In this document: one piece after another, positions 1-11,577 of the stretch
How positions within the stretch are numbered: position 1 is the stretch's first letter
Layout of the letters: every line of letters begins with the position of its first letter
Source of the DNA: Enoplolaimus lenunculus
Taxonomy: Eukaryota
Assembly (NCBI GenBank): GCA_030248215.1
Contig: JASANG010000932.1
Coordinates: 124,001-188,000 of the forward strand
DNA length: 64,000 nt
Direction of reading: 5' to 3'
Made by a program: the position numbers and the translations under genes
Notes under the pieces: model-generated
The model's input: the letters and a program-made list of their open reading frames with translations, nothing else
Told to the model about the DNA's origin: nothing
Databases searched by the model: none

Positions 1-674
1 ATTTATACTACGGCTGTATATAAACTAATTATAAAGAAATTAATATATTTCACAGTTGTTTTTGTTCAAAACGTCAGAAATAAGTACTTATATATCAGAG
101 AAACAGTGTGCGGAGATTTCTATGAGCCATTCTATAGGTCAAAGGCGAACGCCGATATTTCAATCGAGCGAAATTTCAAAGGAACATCGTGATTGTAGTG
201 AGTTGTTTTTGATGATCGAATAGGAATTGGCATCATTTTTGACTTTTAAATTCAGGTAAAATCTTGGAAGGGTACGTTTAATTTTTCAGAGTTTTTAAGA
301 GTTTAGGACGAAATTATGAAGAAATGCGACAAGGTACGTTAAGTTAATATAAAGTTTTATTACCAAAGGCTTTTTGCGTTAAAGACATTTCAGTAAAAAA
401 AATTTCGGTTCCTGTTCCGGTTCCCGTTTATCATGTCCGGTTCCCGTTTATCAAATCCCGTTCCGGTTTGCGAGTAGGTTCCGTGTCGAATCTTGTTGCA
501 CACAATGTTGTAAATAGAATTTTGTATGCTTTCTTTATATCCCATTGTTTGCGTGTTGATCTTTGTTGTTTAATTTTAAATCTGTACTATGTTTTGCGTT
601 TTGATTTAGTGGATCTGATGCGCAGTACTAATATATAGGTGGATGGGTAGATTTACCCGGTTGTATATTTCAAC

Positions 675-1062
675 CAGGGTGCAACCAGAATTCCGGTTCC
701 AGCATTTTTTGGCCTTCCTGTTCCGGTTCCGGAAATTTTTTTACCGGAATTCAAAATATGGGCATTAAATTTTGGTCGGTGGAAATTAAGATATTTTAGT
801 AAAAATGACAATAAAAATTAAATATATTTCATTTGTATAGTATATAAACCTTGACACTCGCCGAAATAATCCATCGAAGGTAGGTAGATTGCGCTTCTGT
901 GGATTATGAAAATCTAAAATACAACAGATAAATTGAATACGTATCTCGACCTATGGTTATTTCACCGATAATATTGCAAACAGAACATTAAAATGATTTT
1001 TTTTCGGTTGCATATAATTTTATTTTCCGGTTCCGGTAAATTGTAATTCCGGTTTCACCCTG
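675..1062. mobile_element. hAT-like MITE (CAGGGTGC TIR)
   Basis: CAGGGTGCAACC...GGTTTCACCCTG; flanks ATTTCAAC/ATTGCAAC (7/8 match, TSD). Confidence 0.7.
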
Positions 1063-2348
1063 ATTGCAACTTACTGGGCTGTGCCCATAGACACGTTTCT
1101 ACAGCTGCACTTTTTTATTACTGCTACACAGCTGAAATGTGGGTGTAAACTGTTCAGTTCATTTTCTGTTGTTTTAATTTGATGTTTTTGAAGCGTTGTG
1201 AATTAGAACGTCTTAGGTTTGATTTCGGCTCAACGGCGATTAAACTTATAGGCCAATCAGATTTGATTGTTTGGTTTGACGAAACATCGACAACCAAACA
1301 GAGTTTGTTTTACATCATTGTTGGTCTTGCTGCATCACGCAATAGCTGTTTGGCCTAGACTAAATTACGATTTGCTCAGTGTGGAAGATTGGCCTAGACC
1401 AAGTAGTAATTGGTTCAGTAGTTGGCCTACGACATATATTTTCCGCCTCGTCATGCTTATCAGTATATTTCGCAATTGAAAATGTGTTATAACGTATCGT
1501 GGTTAATGTGTCAGACATGTGGCGTTACGACATAATGCCCGGGTTTCTAAAATTTACTTAAGTACTTTAAGTCACTGACATAAGTAACGACTAACTTTTT
1601 TGACACAAACGAAATATCAAGTATGGACAGCAGTGCCATAAGAAAGGAACCGAAGATTTGGTTGATACTAAGCAGGCACCATGAGTCTACAATCTCAGTT
1701 AGTTCACAGATCCTGTGTCGCAACTGATACTGTGTAGCTCGTTAATATTCGAGAGTAGTAACTCTTAAGTGTTTACTTAAATTAACTACACTTTCAGAAC
1801 TGAATAAATTGGTCAACATTGGGGGAAACGCGTGTATAACGGTCGAAAAGATTTCGGATGCTGGCGCATACGCGATTCTGATTTCAGGTTGGTCCGGTCG
1901 TATTTTGATCTGCCTGCCACGTTGTGCCAGTTGGGCAAACATTCTGTACTCATAAACGCGAAAAAAACATAGCGAGCGATGGTCAAACAAGACACATGTC
2001 ACTGCTGGACGCCGTTAGAAAAAGTTGTGGCAGAATTATTTGGGGGGCTGTTAAAGCCGCCTTCTTCGTTTAAATAATTAAAACCCTGGTACGCCACCCT
2101 GGCCGTATTGTCAAATGTGTGCAGTACCAATCGCCAGTTTGTGATACATCGTGTCATTTTGTAACCAGAATATGGTTACCTTCATAATACAGCACATTGT
2201 TTTGCGCGATTTATGTGGAAATTTTGAGATTCACAACTGTTGGAGTTCGTGAGTTGAAAGCCTATCGCTAACTAACTAACTTATCAACTGGTGATTTGAT
2301 GCTGTACAGATATGAGAATATCGGCCATGATTTCAGGTTGAAAATTTT

Positions 2349-2586
2349 TAATTTCGTAACGAAATATTATTTTGAAATTTCATAACGAAAGATTATTTTG
2401 AAATTTCATAACGAAATATTATTTTGAAATTTCATAACGAAATATTATTTTGAAATTTCATAACGAAATATTATTTTGAAATTTCATAACGAAATATTAT
2501 TTTGAAATTTCATAACGAAATATTATTTTGAAATTTCATAACGAAATATTATTTTGAAATTTCATAACGAAATATTATTTTGAATT
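2349..2586. repeat. 26-bp minisatellite (AAATTTCATAACGAAATATTATTTTG), about 9 copies
   Basis: Direct inspection; copies nearly identical. Confidence 0.95.
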
Positions 2587-4791
2587 TTTTTGTGTTTTGG
2601 TTCAACTAACAGTAGCAGCAACTATGTCCTTTAACAGATGCCATGCATTTATTTAATTGTAGCAAGAGTGGATGATCACGGACAAGAGTATGCAACTGTA
2701 CGATTTCGAGTGGTCCAAAAAGTGCCACCGCGCGTTGCATTTTTGATGTATCCCCCGTTTGGGGGTCAATGTCCCGTGATACAATATTGTGTTTCGTGAT
2801 GGATCGGGGTCAAATTTTCTTTCAATGGATGGTTAGTATAAATTTTATATTAGATACCTTACGCAGAGAGGTGTTTGAATTTTCGACTATATAGGGAGCA
2901 CTTTTGGGCATGGAATATTATGTATATTTTCGCTCTGCAAATTTTACCCCCCCCCCCCCCCAAAATTAAGACTTCCTATCTAAACTACATAGTCTATGTG
3001 TAGGCTTTGCCTATATCACAAATATATATTAGAGATGGCTCGGGGCCTGTTTTATGATACACAATCCTTAATTGAATCCCTGTCACGCTCTGTTCTCGTT
3101 TGAAAAATGTGAAAATTACAAGGAATTGCGGGACACGGAATTTTTTTTTGTATTCCCGGGTTGGCTGTAGACACTACACAATATATGGATTGTTTATTTT
3201 CTCGCTGTTAGCAACCATATATACGTATTACGTAAGGATATCGTGCCTCATATTGAATAGTTATCTTTAAGTATTATAACTTGGCCCCGGTTGGTACCGG
3301 GGTGTTTGTCAACTGTAATATATAAATCTATGGAAATATATACATGGGTGTGGTTATATTTCCTGGCTCTACGTAGTACCACTGAGACCTCAGCTTCGGA
3401 CCCGCAGGAAATCCTGACCCCGGGACATCTCTAGTGGATAGTTATGTATGTATGTATGTATGTCTGTACGCCAACATTTATATGTGTATATATGCGTAAT
3501 AGTATGTGAATGTGTATGTATGATTATTTTAGGCACCGCATTATTGGTTTTTGGTCTTAGATAATTTGTTGTTTTGATGATGTTTTTGTCTTGCCGGGTT
3601 ATTGTTTCGGCTGTTGCTCGTTGTTTAGGGACACTATGTGGTATACCTCGTTAGAGAGAGAGAGACGTCTTATAGTTTGCCATAACATATTTCAGCCAGC
3701 AAGTGGACAGAAATGCTTAAATATTTCAATAAATTTGTATGATTATCTAAGTAAATCAGGCTCGTTCGTATCCAAACGTGCATATATCGATTTATAGTGC
3801 CAGTGGATGCCATCGAGTTTGAACGGTAAATTTATCGTCCAGGTTTCTCGTGGGTCTATAAAAGAGTAGGTTTAGATTCTAGATTACATTGGTTTGCTTA
3901 GGCTTATTGAATACGCCTAATCTACTGTTACGCGCCTTAAAGTAACTAACATTGGCCAAGATTTAAGTGGATGGTTTAATTGTTGAAAGTTTTGACTTGA
4001 CCATGGAAACATTTCGAGTGACTTGTTTTCGCTTGACACCAGTATTCGGTGAGGATGTTGGCGTATTTTTGGAATTGGCCAATACTTAAATTACTGAAGT
4101 TTGCAAACTAAATTAAGTCAAGTTTTGTTTCTGTATGCTTTCGTTGCTAGTTTTCATTGTTTTCATATATAGTCATGGTGTTGATAATGTCAATGTGAAT
4201 TAATACTGTACGTGAATACGTAGGTATATATCAGTTGTAACTATTGTTTGGTTCCAATGTTTTCGCAGAATAATCACGTTGTTGTTGATGTTGTTAGTGT
4301 TTTTTTCAGATGGACTCGTAGTCTAAGGCTGTACGTCACACGCGACCCGACAGTTGTGTTGTTGGTGTGTCCTTGGTTCAATAGTTGTGTCTCTTGTGAG
4401 TGTTCCTTCCCGTGTCTTTGTGGATGACAGTAATTGCTCCTTCGTAATGGGCTGACTCGATGATGGGTTATGAATGGTAAATTTTGTCGTCCAGGAGGGT
4501 TAGCTCGAGTCTGTAATTTCGTTGCTTCAAGAGCCCGTATTTTCAAATTTGTATAGCACCTGTTACCAGATGGTGATAGGCTTTGTAACCTTCGAATCAG
4601 GAAATGGTGAGGTTTGAAGTTCAGCACTGCAAATTTTGACACCTGCAATTGCAGCAGTTCGTTAGTTTGAAAACCTGTTACTAACTGGTGATAGGTGCTA
4701 GATGCATTTGAGAATATGGGCTAAGAACCGAACTCTGCTTATTATACCCTGTACCGTGCTACATATATACACCAGTCGTAGTGGGACTACA

Positions 4792-5890
4792 TTTATTGAG
4801 CGAAGCTCAAACACACGTAAGCAATTAAGGTAATATGCAAATTACTTATTAGCTAACTATTCATTTATCGGTTTTGGAGGTTTGTAAGCAATTTCCTCGG
4901 ATTCCTCGCACCCAAAACCCCTCAGCCACCCTAATAATTATTGTAATAATTTAAAAAGCCATAATTTTGTCTTGTCAATTAAGCTAATATGCAAATTATG
5001 TATTAGCTAACTATTCGACAATTGCTTTTAAAGGTCTTTAGACAATTTATTCAGATTCCTCGTACCCAAAACCCATTATTGTTGAAATTAGATTGCTTGT
5101 AACCCTAATAGTGAAACATTGTAAAAACGCCTAATTTAGGCTTATCAATTATACTTTCATGCAAATTATCTATTAGCTAACTACTCAATTATTGGTTTTT
5201 CGGTTTTAGACGTTTGTAAACAATTTATTCAGATTCCTCGCACCAAAACCTTCAGTAAACCCTAATATTTATTGAAATAATTCAAAAAGTCCTGCTTTTG
5301 TCTTGTCAATTAATCTAATATGTAAATTAGCTATTAGCTAACTATTCAATTATCGGTTTGGGATGCTTGTAAACAAATTATTCAAATTCCTCGCACCTAA
5401 AAACCCTTTATTGCTGAAATTATACTGCTTTTAACCTTAATAATTAGTGAAATATTGTAAGAAGTCCTAATTTAGGCTTACAAACTATGCTAATATGCAA
5501 ATTATCCATTAGCTAAGAACGCAATTATCAGTTTTGGAGGTTTGTAAACAGTCTACGGAGATTTCTCGCACCCGAAAACCCTTTAATGCTAAAATTAGAT
5601 TGCTTCTAACTGAAATAATTACTGAAATATTGTGGAAAGTCCTAATTTAGGCTTAATTAATTATGCAAATTAGCCTGTAGCTAATAAACAGCTTAAAATT
5701 TTAAAACCCCAATGCGAGGTTAACACCCCAGGATAATTGGCTTTCAAACAAAAAAAAGTTTATCAAAATCGGTTCAGCCGTTCCTGAGATTCTTTTCGGA
5801 CGGACATCCACCTTTCGACCCCCAAGTACAAAACATAAAACGCTTCGCGAAACTCCGAGCTTCGCTCGGAGTTTCGCTTCGCTCAATAAA
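4792..5890 (+). mobile_element. Helentron/DINE-1-like non-autonomous element with internal tandem repeats
   Basis: Perfect 15-bp inverted repeat TTTATTGAGCGAAGC (4792) / GCTTCGCTCAATAAA (5876). Perfect 14-bp hairpin at 5847-5877. AAATCGGTTCAGCCGTT motif. Five to six diverged internal repeats of about 160-180 bp (ATGCAAATTA..TTAGCTAACTA..GATTCCTCGCACCCAAAACCC). Confidence 0.65.
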
Positions 5891-7341
5891 GAACGGATAG
5901 TAGTTAATTGTATTTTGTATATATGCTTTCACATAGCTTTGCCATTGTATAACCGTACGCATATCGTATTCCGTTTATGCATAGCAAGTTTAGTAGTTCC
6001 AGTTGCCGGTTTACTTACGCAGAAGTTGACACTGAAATTAATATTAAACACATCTTGATTTCGTACACAGGCTCTACGGGACTACACGAACTGAGTCAAA
6101 TTCGACTAAGCCAGAGTCAAATTCGACTCACTGAGTCGCACGTTGGACTCTGGCGGAGTAGAGTTTGACTCAGTTTGTGTGGTTCCGTAGAGCCTATTTT
6201 GGAGAGTTAATTTGACTCACCCTTGCTGTGTAGGCACTTTGGCAGAAACTTTGAATACTGTTGATTGCCAAGGTGCAGTGTAGGTTTGAAGTAAATTTTT
6301 TGTCGGAACTATTGGTTTTCGTGTTTGCTATTTTGAATTGTAAGTCGTATCTGTGGTCTTGTAAGATTTTAAAATCTTGTATACATACTTTAGCCACACA
6401 ATTATGCTCTTTGTGTTTCAGCGCTATGAAAATAAAATTTTCTGTTTCCAGTAGTTCAGAGTGAGTTGTATCGTTGGTATTGTCAAAGAAAAAAGTAAAC
6501 AGGAATTTTATATAATAAACACAAGAAGCCTTGGTTGTTGGAATTATAGCAAAAGGTCGACTAATGTTGACACAAAGCTGTTCCGAAGGAACAGAAATAA
6601 CACGTTTCAAACCTGTCCTCACGAATAGCCGGGGTAGAACTGGAGGTATGCCTCGGGCAGAAATGTTGCCGGAGGATCCGGCAGTTGCTGTAGTGAAATG
6701 TTGCAGTTTTACAAAATGTATCTCGCGCATGAGATTTCGTATCAAAAAAGTAAGCGTAAAATCAAACTAAAAACATGATATATTTGTTAATATTAAAACG
6801 TTTAACTACATCTTTACCTCACCTCTGTATCTCCTGGTCGTAACAAAAATTGTGATTCGGTAATACGGGTAAATCTGATATTTTCTTAAACATCTGTAAT
6901 TTGATGCTGAAATTCTTGTTTCAGACTTATTTTTGAGAAATCTCGACAATTACGTTTGCCAAATTGCATCAAAAGTGAAGCCGAGCGCGCCAAATATTTT
7001 TGTCATTCAGAGCAATATTTACAAGAACGTAGTAGTATGGTCTGCACGTTATTTGGCTCACAATCAACAACAACCATCCTTTTATATACGGTAACACTTG
7101 AATATAACAGAATCTATAACAATATACAAACTTAGAAACCTGCAACACTTGCCACAAACTTCAGCGATTGGTCGAATTGAATTATCATCTAATTGGCATT
7201 ATCTATATTATTGCCTATTCGCAGAGATGATTAAAGGGCATAGTGTAAAAGCCATGACGTGACAATCTAGCTGTTCCAGTTTTGTTTCGGCAAAGCCAAA
7301 AACACAATACTGCAGGAACCTAAATCTGAAAAGCAACAAAT

Positions 7342-9660
7342 TTAACGTTTTCGACGTAAAGATAACGTGTTGCGCCGCTTCCAACATTTGGCACGGCTTC
7401 CTCCAATTGTTTGCGCAAAGCGATGCCCTGAAATGAAACCGCGGCAGTTCAAAAAGCATCATTCGCAAAACAGAACCACGTGCCAGATTACTGCAGCTTA
7501 ATCCGTTATCACAGTATTATTTTAGTTTTTAGATTGAAATATATTTGGGAGTGGCACAGCCACCTACAGTGTTAAACCGACACTGTAAAAATAACGGCAG
7601 TATACAGCAGAACTTGGAAACAAATAATGTAGGATAGATCTTTTTTCTTCTTGACCTCACAAACCCAGCCTACTTGGGACTGAGTTACAAAAGCGGCTAA
7701 AGTGCTCAATTTAGCCTACATACAGTAATTTGGAATTGCTTGAATGAACTCATCTCAACAAGTCTGAATTTTATAAAACTTTTTACAACCAACTCAAAAA
7801 AGTTTCGCTTAATTAAACGCATTGAACCAGTTACATATAATTTCATGGTCCGTCCTCACTAGCAACATCTATTAATCTGGGAGTAAAACGGCCAGTTTAC
7901 CAGTTAACGTAATTGCTCAGATAAATGAATATTAAATATTAACCATCATTTTGGTATAAACGTATTGCAGTTACAAAATTTCCTATATGACACTTTAAGC
8001 TGTGTCGAAACAGATTTATATTTTTATATACACAGATAACCTCACCTTTGCCTAAGCCTCTAGATTTGCGTCCTGCTGATGTCTGTCCTCTCATTTCGCG
8101 ATGCTTCATCACTGGTTTACAAATCCACTGAATTCGTGCGTCGTTTCGTATAGTTTTGTGGAAAGGATCGACCAAAATTACTTCATAAAATTTGTATGTT
8201 GAATCTTGGCCAACCCAGTAAGAATTCAAAACACGAAGTGCTCCACACTTTCGACCAACGCGTTCCTTAAAAAATAAAACAAAGTTTCAAAAAAGACATA
8301 GGATAGTTGTAAACAGGGTGCGACCGTATATCCGGCTCCTGGTTACTATCCGGCAAAAAACCCGCATCCTTTTCCGGTATAAACTTATCGGATACCGGAT
8401 TTCGGTGATTATTTCGTAAATCTCAAATTATTGCAAATTATGTTGTGAAATGCTGTTTTCAGTCCCATTACATGTAAGTATACAGTATTGGTTTAAAGCA
8501 GTATTTCTGCATATGGTTAAGGCAACGATTCGGATTTTATTATCGAAACAAACCAATTATTTGCAGCTTCACACAATTATTTTCAAGTATTAAGACACGT
8601 TCCTTATACAAACTCAATATTCCGTTTACTAAAGATAAATTAACATTTAGTGACGCATTAACATGCTAAAAATTGATATTTTAAAAAACACTATCCGGTT
8701 AACATCCAGTTCCGGTAAAAAAATCACTATTTGCATCCGATTTTTTGCGATCCGGAGCCACTCTGGTTGTAAACATAATATATATGCATCTGAAAAACTA
8801 ACTTTAATTCGAAAGTACAAAATATCAGAGGCCAAGGTAGAAAGACTGCGGTTAAAGATTAAAAAGAATCACTTAATTTAAGTTACCGTATATGCAACTT
8901 TGTGCTATGTTATCGGCCTTGTATTTAGCAGATATGTTGCCTGGTGAATGAAAATATATAGTCGGATTAAATTACAAACGTACTTCAGCAACTGACTGCA
9001 AATTTCTTTGAAACTTCAGTTGATTAACGCCATGCCCCCGAGGCTTACCATACGTTTGACCTTTGGGCACTGGCCGCTTTCGGCCACCACGGCGCACACG
9101 GATACGATAAATCACATAACCTGCAGAAAAATACATTCTTAACAGGGTTTCTACCGGAAACAAATTTCGCCAAAACACGAATAGGGACAAATGTGTGAGT
9201 TTGGTTGAAATAAGCTGTTATTATGGTATTATCGGGCAGACTAGCTGGTGGCCGCTGCAAACGACCTATTATTTAAACACTGCACGATGGTAAGACAATT
9301 AAGTAATATTTACTGGTGCATCAGCAAATCTTGCACCTTGCTGCGATACTAACCGGAGCTATAGCGCGTCCAGAACTACCTACAGCCGCACGCATTACAA
9401 AACACATATATAATCACGTCGATAATCTCTTGCAAAATACAATGTACAACATACTGGTCAAAAAGAGCAATGATTTGTTTCTGCTTACCCTGTTTGGCTT
9501 TATAGCCAAGTTGACGAGCCTTTTCAGGCCGAGATGGCTGAGAAACACGATGAATAGCATTCAACTGACGATAATGCCAACACCGTGTACGCGACAAAAA
9601 ACGCATTAACTCTGTTTGCTTTTTCCGTCCAAGTTCCTGCATATACTTGTAAGCTCCCAT
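7342..9660 (-). CDS. RPL15: 60S ribosomal protein L15 (eL15); exons 9660-9489, 9120-8984, 8265-8046, 7427-7342
   Basis: Translation [15 protein letters not shown]...[23 protein letters not shown]...[25 protein letters not shown]...NTLSLRRKR*. All introns are GT-AG. Exons sum to 615 nt = 204 aa + stop, the usual eL15 length. Confidence 0.97.
8314..8765. mobile_element. hAT-like MITE in RPL15 intron 2
   Basis: Starts CAGGGTGCGACC; perfect 8-bp TSD GTTGTAAA; near-identical body to 11073-11577. Confidence 0.85.
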
Positions 9661-10382
9661 TATCGTTTACTCGTTTAGCCACCACAAACTACCTACAAAA
9701 ACTGAATACGTAACCAAATTAAGAGGATATGATGCCTTGTCAGTCTAGGTAGGAACCGAGATTTCAGACCTTATTACTATGTAGAAGCGGATTGCGGGCC
9801 GGTTAGAACTTGTGGCCTTCTTATCCTTAAGCAAACGGTCGACCACTATGTCACGCAGACCGCTTCTGCAACTAGTTTTATCGTCGACTATAAATGCACA
9901 CAGCATATTACATATAGAACAAGTATAAGCCATACGACATGTCCCAATTTTGAATAAGGTCGTTCCATAACAGTCCACCCTGTTTCCGACTAAATACCGT
10001 GTTCATAGCTCGGCAATTTATCAATACATCCACGGTGTAGCTCCCATCATCGTGACAGGTTAAGTAGGTGCGACCGGAAACTTCAAAGGTTTTTGCTAAG
10101 CAGCTGGAAAAGTGGGTTACGTGCCAGTTCGCACTAGCGCAACCATACGTGTATGTAGATATATGTGCACGGTTGATTCGAGTGCAAGCGGACCAAGGTT
10201 CAATTCCCGGCGTGGTCCTTCATTTTGTACAAACACCGAATACCGGCCATGCAAGCATGTGGTAAGCATGTGAGACATGCTTGTCGTGGTGCTATACAAT
10301 ATATGCAATGCACATTGTGTTGTATGCTAGCCGGCAGCATACGTGTAGACATATTGTCGAAGAGAAAAGCAGTTGGAGAGGA

Positions 10383-10456
10383 GAGCTACGTGGCGCAGTG
10401 GTAAGAGCGTCTGCTTGACACGCAAAAGATCGCTAGTTCGAAAACACCCGTAACCC
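10383..10456 (+). pseudogene. tRNA-Val-like pseudogene/repeat module, GAC anticodon
   Basis: A-box TGGCGCAGTGG, anticodon arm TCTGC-TTGACAC-GCAAA, GTTCGAAA, partial acceptor pairing with CGTAACCC, then TTTT. The T-stem is imperfect. Confidence 0.55.
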
Positions 10457-10861
10457 GCTTTTCCAGCTGCTTAGTTAAAAGGTCTGAAAACCCGGTTTCT
10501 ACCTAGACTAACATGGGGGCCACGACGGGAGTGCAGTGGCAAATTGCCGCGCTATGAACACGGTATCCAGTCGAAAATACTGTGGGCGGTCAAGGGACGA
10601 CCTTGTTGAAAATTGGGGCATGTAACCATGTAAGACATCTTGTTCTAGTGCTACGCAATATATACAACACGTACACATTGCGTTGTATGCTAGCCGGCAG
10701 CATACGTGTAAAGTCGACGAGAAAAGCAGTTGGAGAGGCGGGCTACATGGAGCACAGGATACGACTGGCAGGGACGGGCGGTTTTGCTTAAAAACCGAGA
10801 CCTGATTGCAGGCAACATACGGTCGGCTCATATAGTCGACGATAAAAACAGCTGGTGAGGC

Positions 10862-10935
10862 AGGCTACGTGGCGCAGTGGTAACAGCATCTGCCTGACAC
10901 GCAGAAGTCGCTAGTGCAAAACCACCAGTAAGAAG
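10862..10935 (+). pseudogene. tRNA-Val-like pseudogene/repeat module, GAC anticodon
   Basis: A-box, perfect anticodon arm TCTGC-CTGACAC-GCAGA, degenerate B-box, followed by a T5 run. Confidence 0.5.
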
Positions 10936-11072
10936 CTTTTTCCATTGCTTAGTTAAAAAATCTGAAGTCCCGGTTCCTAGCTAGACTGACAGTACAGGCC
11001 GTGCTCCAACAATACTACACTGTAATGTATCACATAGCATTGTAAGCATGTGATACATGCTTGTCCTAGTGC

Positions 11073-11577
11073 CAGGGTGCGACCGGATATCTGGCTCCGG
11101 CTTACTATCCGGCAAAAACCCGCATCCGGTTCCGTTTCCGGCATCCGGTACAAACCTAACGGATATATACCGGATTTCGGTGGTCATTTCGTAAATCTAA
11201 AATTATTGCAAATTATGTTGTGAGATGTTACGTTTTCAGTCCGATTACATGTAAGTATACGGTAGTCCAACAGAACCGATAAGGTATTTGAGCATACTTT
11301 GATTGTCCGAACATGGTTTGGTTAGTAACGTGGCGATTAGGGTGGGAATTTGCAAAGGTACACAGCAGTATTTTGCTGTCATATTTCGGTGAGTTTTCTT
11401 TATATAAACGCAATATTCCCTTTGCTGAAGATAAATTAACATTTACTGACGCATTAAGGTGCTAAAAATTAATTCATTTAAAAAACACACTATCCGGTTA
11501 ACATCCGGTTCCGGTAAAAAATCACTATCCGGATCCGGTTCCGGTATCCGGTTCTTTTGCGATCCGGTCGCACCCTG
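11073..11577. mobile_element. hAT-like MITE inserted in a tRNA-module repeat
   Basis: TIR CAGGGTGCGACCGGAT / ATCCGGTCGCACCCTG; perfect 8-bp TSD CCTAGTGC. Confidence 0.9.

Noticed and set aside
3355..3440. Hammerhead-like arrangement (CTGAGA...GAAA plus hairpin)
   Set aside because: The core is not CUGANGA and the required U16.1 is a C; stems I and II are unconvincing.
6194..6770. 183-aa minus ORF and 79-aa plus ORF
   Set aside because: No recognisable domain, runs into a MITE fragment, and no consistent exon chain was found.
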